NCBI RefSeq assembly: GCF_963921235.1
Contig: NC_086097.1
Coordinates: 107,820,001-107,884,000, forward strand
Direction of reading: 5' to 3'
Origin: Mobula hypostoma
Taxonomy: Eukaryota
Length of the DNA: 64,000 bases
A model generated the notes under the pieces. That model made no database searches, was not told the origin of the DNA, and saw only the letters and a list, made by a program, of their open reading frames with translations. The position numbers and the translations under genes are program-made. Positions within the stretch are counted from its first letter, which is position 1. Each line of letters opens with the position of its first letter. This document shows, one piece after another, positions 13,495 through 26,325 of this stretch.

Positions 13495-14720
13495 TTGTTT
13501 CTTTGTTAATCTTTTTACTGATTTAAAAAAAAATAGATACAATCAAATATAATCAAGAGGAGAATTAGTTCAAATATATATATATCAGTAACCAAAATTA
13601 AAATAGACACTGTCAAAATCATAGATATTGTTAAACTAGTATAAAATATATAATAAAAAAATGAAAATAACAATTCTCCTCTTACCAGTTAAAAGGAGAA
13701 AGGAAAAAAAAGGGGTTTTAAATAGAGAGAAAAAAAACCCACTACACTATAAAAAAGACCAGAACAAACAAAACAAAACAAAAAAAAAGGGACTGGGCAG
13801 TCCGTTTTGAGGATACAACCAAAAAAAAGAGGAGAGAAAAACTTTCTGATCAAATCTAAAACCTCAAAAAACTTGAAAGAGTAATAAATCAAATTAAATG
13901 AAAATATTGGATAAAAGGTCACTATATTTGTTCAAATTTAAAGGATGTATCAAATGTCCGCCTTCTTTTTTTCTCTAAACTTAAACAGGACATGATAGAG
14001 GAGAGCCAATAAAAGACCGTAGGTGGATTCAAATCCTTCCACTTCAATAAAATGGCTCTCCTAGCCAGTAAGGTCGAAAAGGCTATCACATGTTGAGCAG
14101 AAACAGGAATATTTCCTGCTTCCGATGGGATAATCCCAAAAATTGCCGTAAGCAAGTGAAGTTGTAGATCCAAATCCAAAACTCTTGATAGTGTTTTAAA
14201 AACATCTCTCCAAAAGTTATCTAGCTTTATACAAGACCAATACATATGAGTTAAAGTGGTCAACTCAGTATTACATCTGTCACAAATAGGATTAATATTG
14301 GAGAAAATACGTGCTAGTTTATCCTTTGACATATGGGCCTGGTACACTACCCTGAACTGTATCAAGGAATGACGGGCACAAATAGATGAGTTGTTAACCA
14401 AATGAAAAATTTTACTCCATTGACTATCTGAAAATGACTCTTGAAGTTCCAATTCCCAAGTGCGTGTAATGTTATTGTTAGATATCATTCATAAACTCAA
14501 TAACCGTTTACAGATTATAGCTATCAACCCTTTTTGAAATGGTTTAAACTGAAAGAGAACATCTATCATATTAGGTGGATAAGCCGAAGGGTAATTTGGT
14601 AACAAACCACTTAAAAAATTCCTGATTTGTAAATATCTAAAAAAAAGTGTACATTAGATAAATCATATTTATCCGCTAACTGAGAAAAAGACATTAAACA
14701 GTCCCCTAAAAACAAAACAG
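13495..14720 (-). mobile_element. L1-clade LINE 3' fragment
   Basis: ORF 13922..14488 with C-terminal zinc knuckle (CDRC...HMYWSC) and WELEL/ILLKWK motifs, followed by a long T-rich 3' UTR and A-rich end on the minus strand. Confidence 0.85.
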
Positions 14721-15079
14721 TGGTTCAACAGGGAGCACATTCCTCGAAGAATGGGGTTATCTTGGAAGGGGAACAATATGGGACTTGGCATGTTCATTAG
14801 TATGGATCAGTTGGGCTAAAGGGCCCGTTTCGGTGCTGTACAATTCTATGAGTCTGCTTGAAGAAATTTCTCCTTATCTCAGGTTTACACAGATGTCCCT
14901 TTACTACTGAGGCTGTGCTCTTGGATCCTGACTTCTGCTAATGGAAACATCCTCTATGTCCATTCTAGCTGGGCCTTTCAGTATTCAGTAAGGTTCAATT
15001 ACATCCTCCTCCTTTCTTCTTGATTGACTTCAGGCCCGTAGATATCAAATGTTCTTCATATGTTAAGCATTTCATTCCA

Positions 15080-16300
15080 TAAGAACATAAGATATAGGAG
15101 CAGAAGTAGGCCTTTTGGCCCATCAAGTCTGCTCTGCCATTCAGTTATGGGCTGATCCAATTCTTCCAGTCATCTCCATTCCCCTGCTTTCACCCCATAC
15201 CCTTTGATGCCCTGGCTAATCACAAACCTATCTATCTCTGCCTTAAATACACCAAATGATTTGGCCTCCACAGCCACTCGTGGCAACAAATTCCACAGAT
15301 TTAGCACCCTCTGACTCAAGTAATTTCTCTGCATCTCAGTTTTAAAAGGACGTCCTTTAATCCTGAAGTCATGCCCTCTTGTCCTAGAATCCCCTACCAT
15401 GGGAAATAACTTTGCCATATCTAATCTATTCAGGCCTTTTAACATTTGGAATGTTTCTATGAGATACCCCCTCATTCTCCTGAACTCCAGGGAATACAGC
15501 CCAAGAACTGCCAGACGTTCCTCATATGGTAACCTTTTCATTCCTGGAATCATTCTTGTGAATCTTCTCTGAACCGTCTCCAATGTCAGTATATCCTTTC
15601 TAAAATAAGGAGCCCAAAACTGCAAAATAAGGAGCCCAAAACTGCAAACAATACTCCAAGGGTGGTCTCACGAGTGCCTTATAGAGCCTCAGCATCACAT
15701 CCCTGCTCTTATATTCTATACCTCTAGAAATGAATGCCAACATTGCATTCGCCTTCTTCACCACCGACTCAACCTGGAGGTTAACCTTTAGGGTATCTTG
15801 CACAAGGACTCCCAAGTCTCTTAGCATCTCTGCATTTTGAATTCGCCCCCATCTAAATAATAGTCTGCCCATTTATTTCTTCCACCATACACTTTCCAAC
15901 ATTGTCTTTCATTGGCCACTTATTTGCCCGTTCCCCTAAACTATCTAATTCTCTCTGCAGGCTCCCAACACTACCTGCTCCTCCACCTATCTTTGTATCA
16001 TCAGCAAATTTAGCCATAAATCCATTAATACCGTAGTCCAGATCATTGACATACATCGTAAAAAGCAGCGGTCCCAACACCAACCCTGTGGGGCTTCACT
16101 GGTAACTGGCAGCCAGCCAGAGTAGGATCCCTTTATTCCCACTCTCTGTTTTCTGCCGACCAGCCAAAGCTCCACCCATGCTAGTAACTTCCCTGTAATT
16201 CCATGGGCTCTTATCTTGCTAAGCAGCCTCATGTGTGGCACCTTGTCAAAGGGGTTCTGAAAATCCAAGTACACCATGTCTACTGCATCTCCTTTGACTA
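15080..16300 (-). mobile_element. CR1 LINE RT to 3' end, frameshifted
   Basis: ORFs 15987..16277, 15853..16083, 15600..15872, 15170..15625; 22 bp internal tandem duplication at ~15602-15646. Confidence 0.93.
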
Positions 16301-16309
16301 CTCTGCTTC

Positions 16310-17690
16310 TTGTAAACCTTCTCTGGACCCTCTCTCAGACCAGCACATCTTTCTGTGAAAACAGTGTCCAAAATTGCTCACAATATTCCATATGTGGTCT
16401 GACTAACACCTCATACACACCTTAATTATGGCATCATCCATCATTAAGGACCCCCACCACCCAGGACTGCCATCAGACAGGAGCCTGAAACACACACTTA
16501 ACATTTAGGAACAGCTTCTCCCCTTCCGCCATCAGATTTCTGAATGGACAATGAAACCATGAATGCTACCTCAGTACTTTTGCTCTCTTTTTATTTAATG
16601 ATGTATTTATTTTACCACCTGTACCTAATAAAGTGGCCAATGAGTGGTCTTCTACTGCTGTAGCCCATCCAGTTCAAGATCTGACGGACTGTGCATTCAG
16701 CAATACTCAAACCTGGTTACTCTCACCTTCCTCTCCATTTTTCACCAGTCTGGCCATTCAGTTCTACACACCACTGTTGTAACCTGGTTACTCTCACCTT
16801 CCTCTCCATTTGAACCAGTCTGACCATTCAGTTCTGACCTCTCTCATTAAGTAGGATTAATTCTGAACTAGGATTCCCAAGTTCCTTTGCACCTCTGATT
16901 TCCAAATTCTCTCTCCATTTAGAAAACAGTTAGTGTAATACATATACACACTGTACATCTTTATTCCTTCTACCAAACTGCGTAATGTCACACTTCCCTA
17001 TGTTGAATTTCCATCTGTTACTTCTTTGCTCACTCTCCCAAGCTGTCCCAAGTCCTTCTGCAGACACCTTCCCTTTTCAAAACTGCCTGTCTGTCCACTT
17101 ATCTTTATACTGTCTGCAAACTTTTGCATACATTAATGCATAAAGTGAGTTGTGATCCCTGTGGATCTCCACTAGTCTCCAGCAGCCATTCTGAAAAAGA
17201 CACCTTTATTCCTACTCTCTGACTTCTGCAAGTCAACAAATTCTCTATCCATGATAGTACTTGCCTCTAATACAGTTGGCTCTTCAATTTTTTGGCAACA
17301 TTGTCAAAAACCTTCTGAAGATCCAAATAAATAATGTCCACTGACTTCTCCCTTGTCTGACTTGCTTGTTACTTCCTCAATAAATTCTAACAGATTTCTC
17401 GCTCTGTAACAAAACCTTGCTGACTTTACCATATTTTGCGTACTTCCAAGGACTCCATAACTTCATTCTTAATAATGGACTCTAGAATTTTACCAGCCAC
17501 TGAGGTCAGACTAACTAGCCTCAAAATTTCCTATTCTCTGCCTCTTTCCCTCCTTAAGCAGAGATGTCACATTTGCAATTTTCCAGTCCTCTGGGGCCCC
17601 TCCCTGACTTCAGGTATTTTCTTCAGCTCCCACCTTCAAGACTCTCGGGTGTAGTCCATTTGGTCCAGGTGATTTATCCACCTACAGGCC
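16310..17690 (-). mobile_element. Old CR1 RT remnant carrying nested LINE and Tc1-like fragments
   Basis: Decayed RT sequence colinear with other copies; CACCTGTACCTAATAAAGTGGCCA at ~16616-16640 is the reverse complement of the terminus at 44588-44612. Confidence 0.6.
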
Positions 17691-17973
17691 AGAAGGAAGT
17701 TCTCTATTACACTCTCCTGACACTTCATGCATGAGATGGTGGCAGGAAATGATGGGAAATTTCTACACTCAGGTTGTGAGGAATCTTTGGAATTCTCCAA
17801 GACACAGTCACTGACTGCAATCAAAACCAAGGTCACTGTTATCAAGATATTAGAGGATAAAGAGACAAGTGGTACAATAATGCAGAGGCAGAAAATAAGT
17901 CATGAAAATTATTTTCTTAGACCTTGTTTCATTTGAAATGCAATAACAAGACAATCAAGGTAGTGTGCAGATA

Positions 17974-18218
17974 CAGGTCGACCTTCACTAATCCAACTAC
18001 CTGTAATCCGGTTCCTTTGATAATCTGGCACTGATTATGCTTAATGTGATCCCTTCTGTAATTTGGCATTTTCACTAATCCAGCACCCTTCAGGTCCCAA
18101 TAGTGCCGGATTAGTGAAGGTTAGCTATTGCTTAATGCGATCCTTTTGTAATTCAGTATTTTCACTAATCTGGCACTCCTCAGGTCCCAATGGTGCCAGA
18201 TTAGTGAAGGTCGACCTG
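17974..18218. mobile_element. MITE with 20 bp TIRs (Tigger/pogo-like)
   Basis: CAGGTCGACCTTCACTAATC ... GATTAGTGAAGGTCGACCTG; TA left, CA right; internal ~90 bp tandem duplication. Confidence 0.8.
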
Positions 18219-18389
18219 CAGTTGAGAAAATAACAGGTGCATATCAACAATGACACCTACAGAGATGATCTCTACTCTATCAGATGTTGCAACTTAAGGA
18301 AGGATTGTAACTTCTGCCAGACTAACTTTAATAACTAAGGCTCAACGTCCAGTGCAATGTTCTTTTCATCAAATGTAATTATGCCCCAG

Positions 18390-18710
18390 TGTCACATCAG
18401 GTAGATCTGCTAGCTCACAGCTTCAGTGACTGTAGCTCATTACTGACCCCCAAGTGCTGTTTCTGTGAAGTTTGCATGTTTACCTTGAGACCATATGGGC
18501 TTTCTCCAGGTGCTCTGGTTTCCTCTCACATATGGGCTGGTAAGTCAGTTTACTACTGTAAATTGACTCTAAATGTGTAGGATAGTTATAGAATCTAGCA
18601 ATGGGGAGAGTAAAATGGGATGAGTGTAGACTTGTGTAATATGGGTACTAGAGAATTGGAATGGACCTAGTGAGCTGAAGAATCTGTTTCTGTGTTGTAT
18701 GACTCTTTGA
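18390..18710 (+). mobile_element. Decayed SINE with CR1-like tail
   Basis: tctgtgaagtttgcatgt...ctccaggtgctctggtttcc body shared with other SINE copies. Confidence 0.55.
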
Positions 18711-19009
18711 TGTTGTGAGAAAGAATTCTCCATTGTTGGCCGTATTGAAGCAAATTATGTGAAAGTGCTATGCTTAGTTTCCCCTGATGTAAATGACATT
18801 TTTTGAAGGTCATTAAATAATTATGCCAGAGCTCAGGGCACTATGAGTGAGCTAATAGTTCAAGCAACTCTTACTACATCTTGATTGTGATAAGAAATAT
18901 GAAATTTTCAGTATTCTTATTTGCATGGAGATGTTTGCATCTGAATAGTCACAATAACCTCTTACTGTGGTCTAAAGGAGAGTCCATAAACTTTAGCATA
19001 ATGTTCCAA

Positions 19010-19460
19010 CAAGTCAGTCCATGGCCTCCTCTTGAGCCAAGATGAAGCCACCCTCAGGATGGTATTCTGTCTGGGTGGCCTCCAACTTGATGGCAGAAAT
19101 GTCAAATTCTCCTTCCGAAAATGATTTCCCCTCCCAATTGCCTTAATTTATTCCCCACTCTTACCTATTCTCATCTGCCTATGACGTCCCCCTGGGTCCC
19201 CACCATCTTCCCTTTCTCCTATGGTCCACTATTCTCTCCTATCAGATTCCTTCTTCTCCAGCCTTTGACCTTTCCCACCCACCTGGATTCACCTTCAATT
19301 TCCAGCTAGCATCCTTCACCACCCCCACTTTTTTATTCTGGTATCTTCCCCCTTCCTTCTCAGTCCTGAAGAAGGGTCTCAGCCTGAAATGTCGACCATT
19401 TATTTACTTCCATAGATGTTGCCTGACCTGCTGAGTTCCTCCAGCAATTTGTGTGTGCTG
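19010..19460 (+). mobile_element. Penelope-like element 3' fragment with hammerhead motif at 19362-19397
   Basis: Colinear with 24400-25069; AGTCCTGAAGAAGGGTCTCAGCCTGAAATGTCGAC. Confidence 0.8.
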
Positions 19461-19649
19461 CTTTGGCAAAACTTGCCTGCTTTGGACTCAGTAGCCTAAC
19501 CCACTGTAAGGAGTCTCTGTACAGTGTTCCTATGGAATGCATGGGTTTTTACCGGGTGCTCCAGTTCCCTCCCACTGTCCAATGATGTACCAGGTAGGTT
19601 GATTGGTCATTGGACTGGTCTGGGCCTATTCTACGTTGTATCTCTAAAA

Positions 19650-20102
19650 AAAATAGATGATTGTCAATAATTTCAGATTCTTTGTAATTCCTAACTTGCT
19701 GAAGTAGTGAAATAATTTCATTTTCACTCCCAGCCATTTCTTGACTCTCTAAGCTTGAATGCTTGAAAATGCGGTTCGCTAAACAGTTTGGAATAGTTTT
19801 CATGCTTTTTTATCACCAACTACAGAGACTAAAATTGCTGCTTTTTGAACACAAGAAGATGGAACTGATGCTATTTAAAAACTGTGTGGTCTAAGTTCAG
19901 TGTAGTGACTAACAGCCACACAACTGGACACTAGTTAAAAACTGTTCGACAACAATCTCTTGCTCCAATTAAGCAGCAAAGTGTCCCAGATAAACAAAGG
20001 GAATCCTGGCTTTTTTCTGGATACATTTTTATTCTTTAAGAGTTGTCCCAAATAAGCGGCCGCCCTGATTACCTAATGGTCTAACTAACCAGAATCCACT
20101 GT
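19650..20102 (-). mobile_element. Tigger-type element fragment, second family
   Basis: Terminus CAGTGGATTCTGGTTA on the minus strand next to TA; ORF 19549..19803 (KTIPNCLANRIFKHS) is transposase-tail-like; reverse-complement match to 56890-57610. Confidence 0.65.
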
Positions 20103-22387
20103 ATATGCTGGCTCTTCTCAATTAACTCAAACATCTCTATTACCCTCACTTTATTCAGTTCCATTTCAATTACCTTCAATTGAATTTTTTTGTTTTTGAA
20201 GTAGGTCATAGGAACATAGAAAACCTACAGCACAATACAGGCCCTTCAGCCCATGATGCTGTGCCGAACAGGTACTTAATTTAGAAATTACCTTGGGTTA
20301 CCTATAGCCCTCTATTTTTCTAAGCTCCATGTCATAAACTCCTATCCAGGAGTCTCTTAAAAGATCCTACTGTATCCATCTCTACCTCTGTCGCTGGCAG
20401 CCCATTCTACGCACTCACCACTCTCTGTGTAAAAAACCCTGACATCTCCTCTGTATCTACTTCCAAGCACCTTAAAACTGTGCCCTCTCATGTTAGTCCT
20501 GGGAAAAAGCCTTTGTCGATACACATGATCAATGCCTCTCATCATCTTACACACTTCTATCAGGTCACCTCTCATCCTCCATCGCTCCAAGGAGAAAAGG
20601 CCAAGTTCACTCAACCTATTCTCATAAGGCATGCTCCCCAATCCAGGTAACATCCTTGTAAATCTCCTCTGCACACTTTCTATGTTTCCACATCCATCGT
20701 GTCGTGACATGACCAGAACTGAGCACAGTACTCCAAGTGGGGTCTAACCAGGGTCCTATGTAGATGCAACACTACCTCTCAGCTCTTAAATTCAATCCCA
20801 CAATTGATGAAGGCAAATGCACCGTATGCCTTCTTAACCATATAGTCAACCTGTGCTGCAGCTTTGAGTGTCCTGTGGACTTGGACCCCAAGATCCCTCT
20901 AATCCTCCATACTGCCAAGCGTCTTACCATTAATATTATATTCTGCCATCATATTTGACCTACCAAAATGAACCACCTCACACTTATCTGGGTTGAACTC
21001 CATCTGCCACTTCTCAGCCCAGTTTTGCATCCTATCAATGTCTCGCTGTAACCTCTGACAGTCCTCCACACTATACACAACACCTCCAACCTTTGTGTCA
21101 TCAGCAAATTTACTAACCCATCCCTCCACTTCCATCCAGGTCATTTATAAAAATCACGAAGAGTAGGGGTCCCAGAACAGATCCCTGAGGCGCACCACTG
21201 GTGACCGACCTCCATGCAGAATATGACCCGTCTACAACCACTCTTTGCCTTCTGTGTGCAAGCCAGTTCTGGATCAACATAGCAATGTCCCCTTGGATTC
21301 CATGCCTCCTTACTTTCTCAATAAGCCTTGCATGGGGTACCTTGTCAAATGCCTTGCTGAAATCCATATACACTACATCTACTGCTCTTCCTTCATCAAT
21401 GTGATTAGTCACCTCCTCAAAAAACTCAATAAGGCTCGTAAGGCATGACCTGCCTTTAACAAAGCCATGCTGACTATTCCAAAGCATATTATGCCTCTCC
21501 AAATGTTCATAAATTCTGTCTCTCAGGATCTTCTTCATCAACTTACCAACCACTGAAGAAAGACTCACTGATCTATAATTTCCTGGGTTATCTCTACTCC
21601 CTTTCTTGAATAAGGGAACAACATCTGCAACTCTCCAATCCTCTGGAACCTCTCCCGTCCCCATTGATGATGCAAAGATCATAAACCAGAGGCTCAGCAA
21701 TCTCCTCCCTCGCTTGCCACAGTAGCCTGGGGTACATCTCGTCCGGGTCCGGTGACTTATCCAACTTGATGCTTTCCAAAAGCTCCAGCACATCCCCTTC
21801 CTTAATATCTACATGCTCAAGCTTTTCAGTCTGCTGCAAGTCATACCTACAATCGCCAAGATCCTTTTCCATAGTGAATACTGAAGCAAGGTATTCATTA
21901 AGTACCTCTGCCATCTCCTCTGCTTCCATACACACTTTTCCATTGTCACACTTGATTCGTCCTATTCTCTCACGTCTTATGCTCTTGCTCTTCACATACT
22001 TGTAGAATGCCTTGGGATTTTCCTTAATTATGCTCGCCAAGGCCTTCTCCCCCCCGCTTCTGGCTCTTCGAATTTCATTCTTAAGCTCCTTCCTGCCAGC
22101 CTTATAATCTTCTAAATCTCTTTCATTATCCAGTTTTTGAACCTTTCCGAAGCTTTTCTTTTCTTCTTGACGAGATTTTCAACTGCCTTTGTACACCACG
22201 GTTCCTGTATGCTACCATCCTTTACCTGTCTCATGGGAACATACCTACGCAGAACCCCATGCAAATATCCCCTGAACATTTAAAAACGCAAACACGAGGA
22301 ATTCTGCAGATGCTGGAAATTCAAGCAACACACATCAAAGTTGCTGATGAACTCAGCAGGCCAGGCAGCATCTCTAGGAAGAGGTAC

Positions 22388-22423
22388 AATCGACGTTTCA
22401 GGCCGAGACCCTTCATCAGGACT
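22388..22423 (-). ncRNA. Minimal type I hammerhead ribozyme motif in PLE terminus
   Basis: Minus strand AGTC CTGATGA A GGGTCTCGGCCT GAAAC GTC GATT. Confidence 0.7.
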
Positions 22424-23410
22424 AACTGAAGGAAGAGTTAGCAAGAGATTTGAAAGTGGGAGGGGGAGGAGGAGATCCAAAATGATAGGAGAAGACGGGG
22501 GGGGGGTGGGGGATGGAGCCAAGAGCTGGACAGGTGATTGGCAAAGGGGATATGAGAGGATCATGGGACAGGAGGTCCGGGGAGAAAGACAAGCGGGGGG
22601 GTAACCCAGAGGATGGGCAAGGGGTATAGTCAGAGGGACAGAGGGAGAAAAAGGAGAGTGAGAGAAAGAATGTGTGTATATAACTAAATAACAGATGAGA
22701 TACGAGGGGGAGGTGGGGCCTTAGCGGAAGTTAGAGAAGTCGATGTTCATGCCATCAGGCTGGAGGCTACCCAGACGGAATATAAGGTGTTGTTCCTCCA
22801 ACCTGACTGTGGCTTCATCTTTACAGTACAGGAAGCCGTGGATAGACATATCAGAATGGGAATGGGATGTGGAATTAAAATGTGTGGCCACTGGGAGATC
22901 CTGCTTTCTCTGGCGGACAGAGCGTAGGTGTTCAGCAAAACAATCTCCCAGTCTGCGTCGGGTCTCGCCAATATATAGAAAGCCACATCGGGAGCATCGG
23001 ACGCAGTATATGACCCCAGCCGACTCACAGGTGAAGTGTCACCTAATCAGTTCTCCGCAACCACCACTCTGCTCCATCTAGCGGAATTAGTCCTTACTCT
23101 TAATACAAATGCTTGTAATTTCTCCTTTGGCTCCTCCTACTTCCTCCAAACTAAAGGTGTAGCTATGGGCACCCATATAGGTCCTAGCTATGCCTGCCTT
23201 TTTGTTGGCTTTGTGGAATAATCTATGTTCCAAACCGATTCTAGTACCTGTCCCCCACTTTTCCTTCGCTACATCGATGACTGCATTGGCGCTGATTCCT
23301 GCACGCATGCTGAGCTCGTTAACTTCATTAACTTTGCCTCCAACTTTCACCCTGCCCTCAAGTTTACCTGGTCCATTTCCAACACCTCCCTCCCCTTTCT
23401 AGATCTTTCT

Positions 23411-23579
23411 TTTTAAATCTTTTTACTAAGTAAGTATACAAAAAGGTAAGCCATATAGACACTAATACATTGTTAGAATATAATAAAATTACAGAAGATA
23501 TTAATACAAAAAAAAACTACAAACAATGTAATTTAAACATAATATACCAAGGTAACATAATAGTATACTAATTTTATAA
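23411..23579 (-). mobile_element. Short AT-rich retroposed fragment nested in the PLE RT region
   Basis: Flanked by 8 bp direct repeat ATCTTTCT (23403-23410, 23580-23587); PLE frame continues on both sides. Confidence 0.6.
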
Positions 23580-24424
23580 ATCTTTCTGTCTCTATCTCTG
23601 GAGACGGCTTATCTACTGATGTCTACTATAAGCCTACTGACTCTCACAACTATCTGGACTATTCCTCCTCTCACCCTGTCTCTTGCAAAAATGCCATCCC
23701 CTTCTCACAATTCCTCCGTCTCCGCCGCATCTGCTCTCAGGATGAGGCTCTTCATTCCAGGACAAGGGAGATGTCCTCCTTTTTTAAAGAGAGGGGCTTC
23801 CCTTCCTCCACCATCAACTCTGCTCTTAAACGCATCTCCCCCATTTCATGCACATCTGCTCTCACTCCATCCTCCCGCCACGCCACTAGGAATAGGGTTC
23901 CCCTGGTCCTCACTTACCACCCCACCAGGCTCCGGGTCCAACATATTATTCTCCCTAACTTCTGCCACCTCCAACGGGATCCCACCACTAAGCACATCTT
24001 TCCCTCCCCCCGCCCCTGCTTTCTGCAGGGATCGCTCCCTACACGACTCCCTTGTCCATTCGTCCCCCCCATCCCTCCCCACTGATCTCCCTCCTGGCAC
24101 TTATCCTTGTAAGCGGAACAAGTGCTACACATGCCCTTACACTTCCTCCCTTACCACCATTCAGGGCCCCAGACAGTCCTTCCAGGTGAGGCGACACTTC
24201 ATCTGTGAGTCGGCTGGGGTGATATACTGCGTCCGGTGCTCCCGATGTGGCCTTCTATATATTGGCGAGACCCGACGCAGACTGGGAGATCGTTTTGCTG
24301 AACACCTACACTCTGTCCGCCAGAGAAAGCAGGATCTCCCAGTAGCCACACATTTTAATTCCACATCCCATTCCCATTCTGATATGTCTATCCACAGCCT
24401 CCTCTACTGTAAAGATGAAGCCAC

Positions 24425-24592
24425 CTCAGCCAATAGGCTGGTCCTGGACTTATTTCCTGGCATAATTTACATATTACTATTTAACTATTTATGGTTTTAT
24501 TACTATTTAATTACTTATGGTGCAACTGTAACGGAAACCAATTTCCCCCGGGATCAATAAAGTATGACTATGATTATGACTATGACTATGAC
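24425..24592 (+). mobile_element. LINE 3' tail fragment (Rex1/L2-like) nested in the PLE endonuclease
   Basis: AATAAA followed by (ATGACT)n; absent from the homologous PLE copies at ~22820 and ~50565. Confidence 0.65.
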
Positions 24593-24971
24593 TACACTCA
24601 AGTTGGAGGAACAACACCTTATATTCTGTCTGGGTAGCCTCTAACCTGCTGGCATGAACGTTGACTTCTTTAACTTCCGCTAATGACCCACCTCCCCCTC
24701 ATAACCCATCCGTTATTTATTTATATACACACACATTCTTTCTCTCTCTCTCTCCTTTTTCTCCCTCTGACTATACCCCTTGCCCATCCTCTGGGATTTT
24801 CCCCCTCCCCCTCTTCCTTCTCCCTGGGCCTCCTGTTCCATGATCCTCTCATATCCCTTTTGCCAATCACCTGTCCAGCTCCTGGCTCCATCCCTCCCCC
24901 TCCTGTCTTCTCCTATCATTTTGGATCTCCCCCTCCCCCTTTCAAATCTCTTACTAGCTTTTCCTTCAGTT

Positions 24972-25007
24972 AGTCCTGATGAAGGGTCTCCGCCCGAAAC
25001 GTCGACT
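24972..25007 (+). ncRNA. Minimal type I hammerhead ribozyme motif in PLE terminus
   Basis: AGTC CTGATGA A GGGTCTCCGCCC GAAAC GTC GACT. Confidence 0.75.
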
Positions 25008-26325
25008 GTACCTCTTCCTGGAGATGCTGCCTGGCCTGCTGCGTTCATCAGCAACTTTGATGTGTGTCTCCTGAACATTTGCCATATTTCTTCCATATGT
25101 TTCCCTGAGAACATCTGTTTCCAACTTATGCTTCCAAGTTCCTGCCTGATCACCTCAGATTTCCTCTTACTCCAATTAAATGTTTCCCTAACTTGTTTGT
25201 TCCTATCCCTCTCCAATGCAATGGTAAAGGAGATAGAAGTGGGATCAGTATCTCCAAAGTGCACTCCCACTGAGAGATCTGACACCTGACCAGGTTCATT
25301 TCCCAATACCAGATCAAGTACTGCTTCTCTTCTTGTAGACTTATCTACATATTGTGTCAAGAAACCTTCCTGACCACACCTAACAAACTCCACCCCATCT
25401 AAACCCCCCACTCTGAGGAAATGTCAATCAATATTTGGGAAATTAAAATCTCCCACCACAACAACCCTGTTATTATTATTCTTTTCCAGAATCTGTCTCC
25501 CTATCTGCTCTTTGATGTCCCTGTTACTATTGGGTGGTCTATAGAAAACACCCAGGAAAGTTATTGGCCCTTTCATGTTCGTAACCTCCACCCACAGAGA
25601 CTCCGTAGACAACCTCTCCATGACCTCCTCTTTTTCTACAGCCGTGACGCTATCTCTGATCAACAGTGCCACACCCCCACCTCTTTTGCCTCCCTCCCTG
25701 TCCTTTCTGAAACATCTAAAGCCTGGCACTTGAAGTAGCCATTTAAGTCTCTGTAACGGCTACAACATCATAGCTCCAAGTGCTGATCCACACTCTAAGC
25801 TCATCCACTTTATTCATAACACTCCTCACATTAAAATAGACACATCTCAAACCATCGGTCCGAATGCGTCCCTTCTCTATCATCTGCCTATCCTCCCTCT
25901 TACACTCTCTCCAAGTTTTCTCTATTTGTGAGCCAACCTCCCCTTCCTCTGTCACTTCAGTCCTGTTCCCACCCCCCAGCAATTCTAGTTTAAACTCTCC
26001 CCAATATCCTTAGCAAACCTCGCTGCCAGGATATTGATCCCCCTGGGATTCAAGTGCAACCCGTCCTTTTTGTACAGGTCATATCTGCCCCAAGAAGAGG
26101 TCCCAATGATCCAGAAATCTGAATCCCTGACCCCTGCTCCAATCCCTCAGCCACGCATTTATCCCCCACCTCATTCTATTCCCATACTCACTGTCATGTA
26201 GCACAGGCAGTATTCCCAACATTATTACCTTTGAGGTCCTGCTTCTCAACTTCCTTCCCAACTCCCTGTAGTCTGCTTTCAGGACCTCCTCCCTTTTCCT
26301 GCCTATTTATTGGTACCAATATGTA

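Larger units (their letters stand above)
22282..25069 (+). mobile_element. Penelope-like retroelement: inverted terminal copy (22282-~23043, minus) then RT-GIY-YIG body and terminal repeat (plus); pseudogenised
   Basis: RT motifs QTKGVAMGT/PSYACLFVG and FLRYIDD; GIY-YIG endonuclease GVIYCVRCSRCGLLYIGETRRRLGDRFAEH; 11 bp TSD CCTGAACATTT at 22271-22281 and 25070-25080. Confidence 0.93.

Noticed and set aside
18966..18971. 6 nt micro-exon candidate on the minus strand (ctcctttag ACCACA gtaaga)
   Set aside because: Frame-neutral and too short to distinguish from chance without reads
24713..25411. 232 aa ORF as a CR1 fusion protein
   Set aside because: CR1 frame runs into the antisense PLE terminus at the insertion junction
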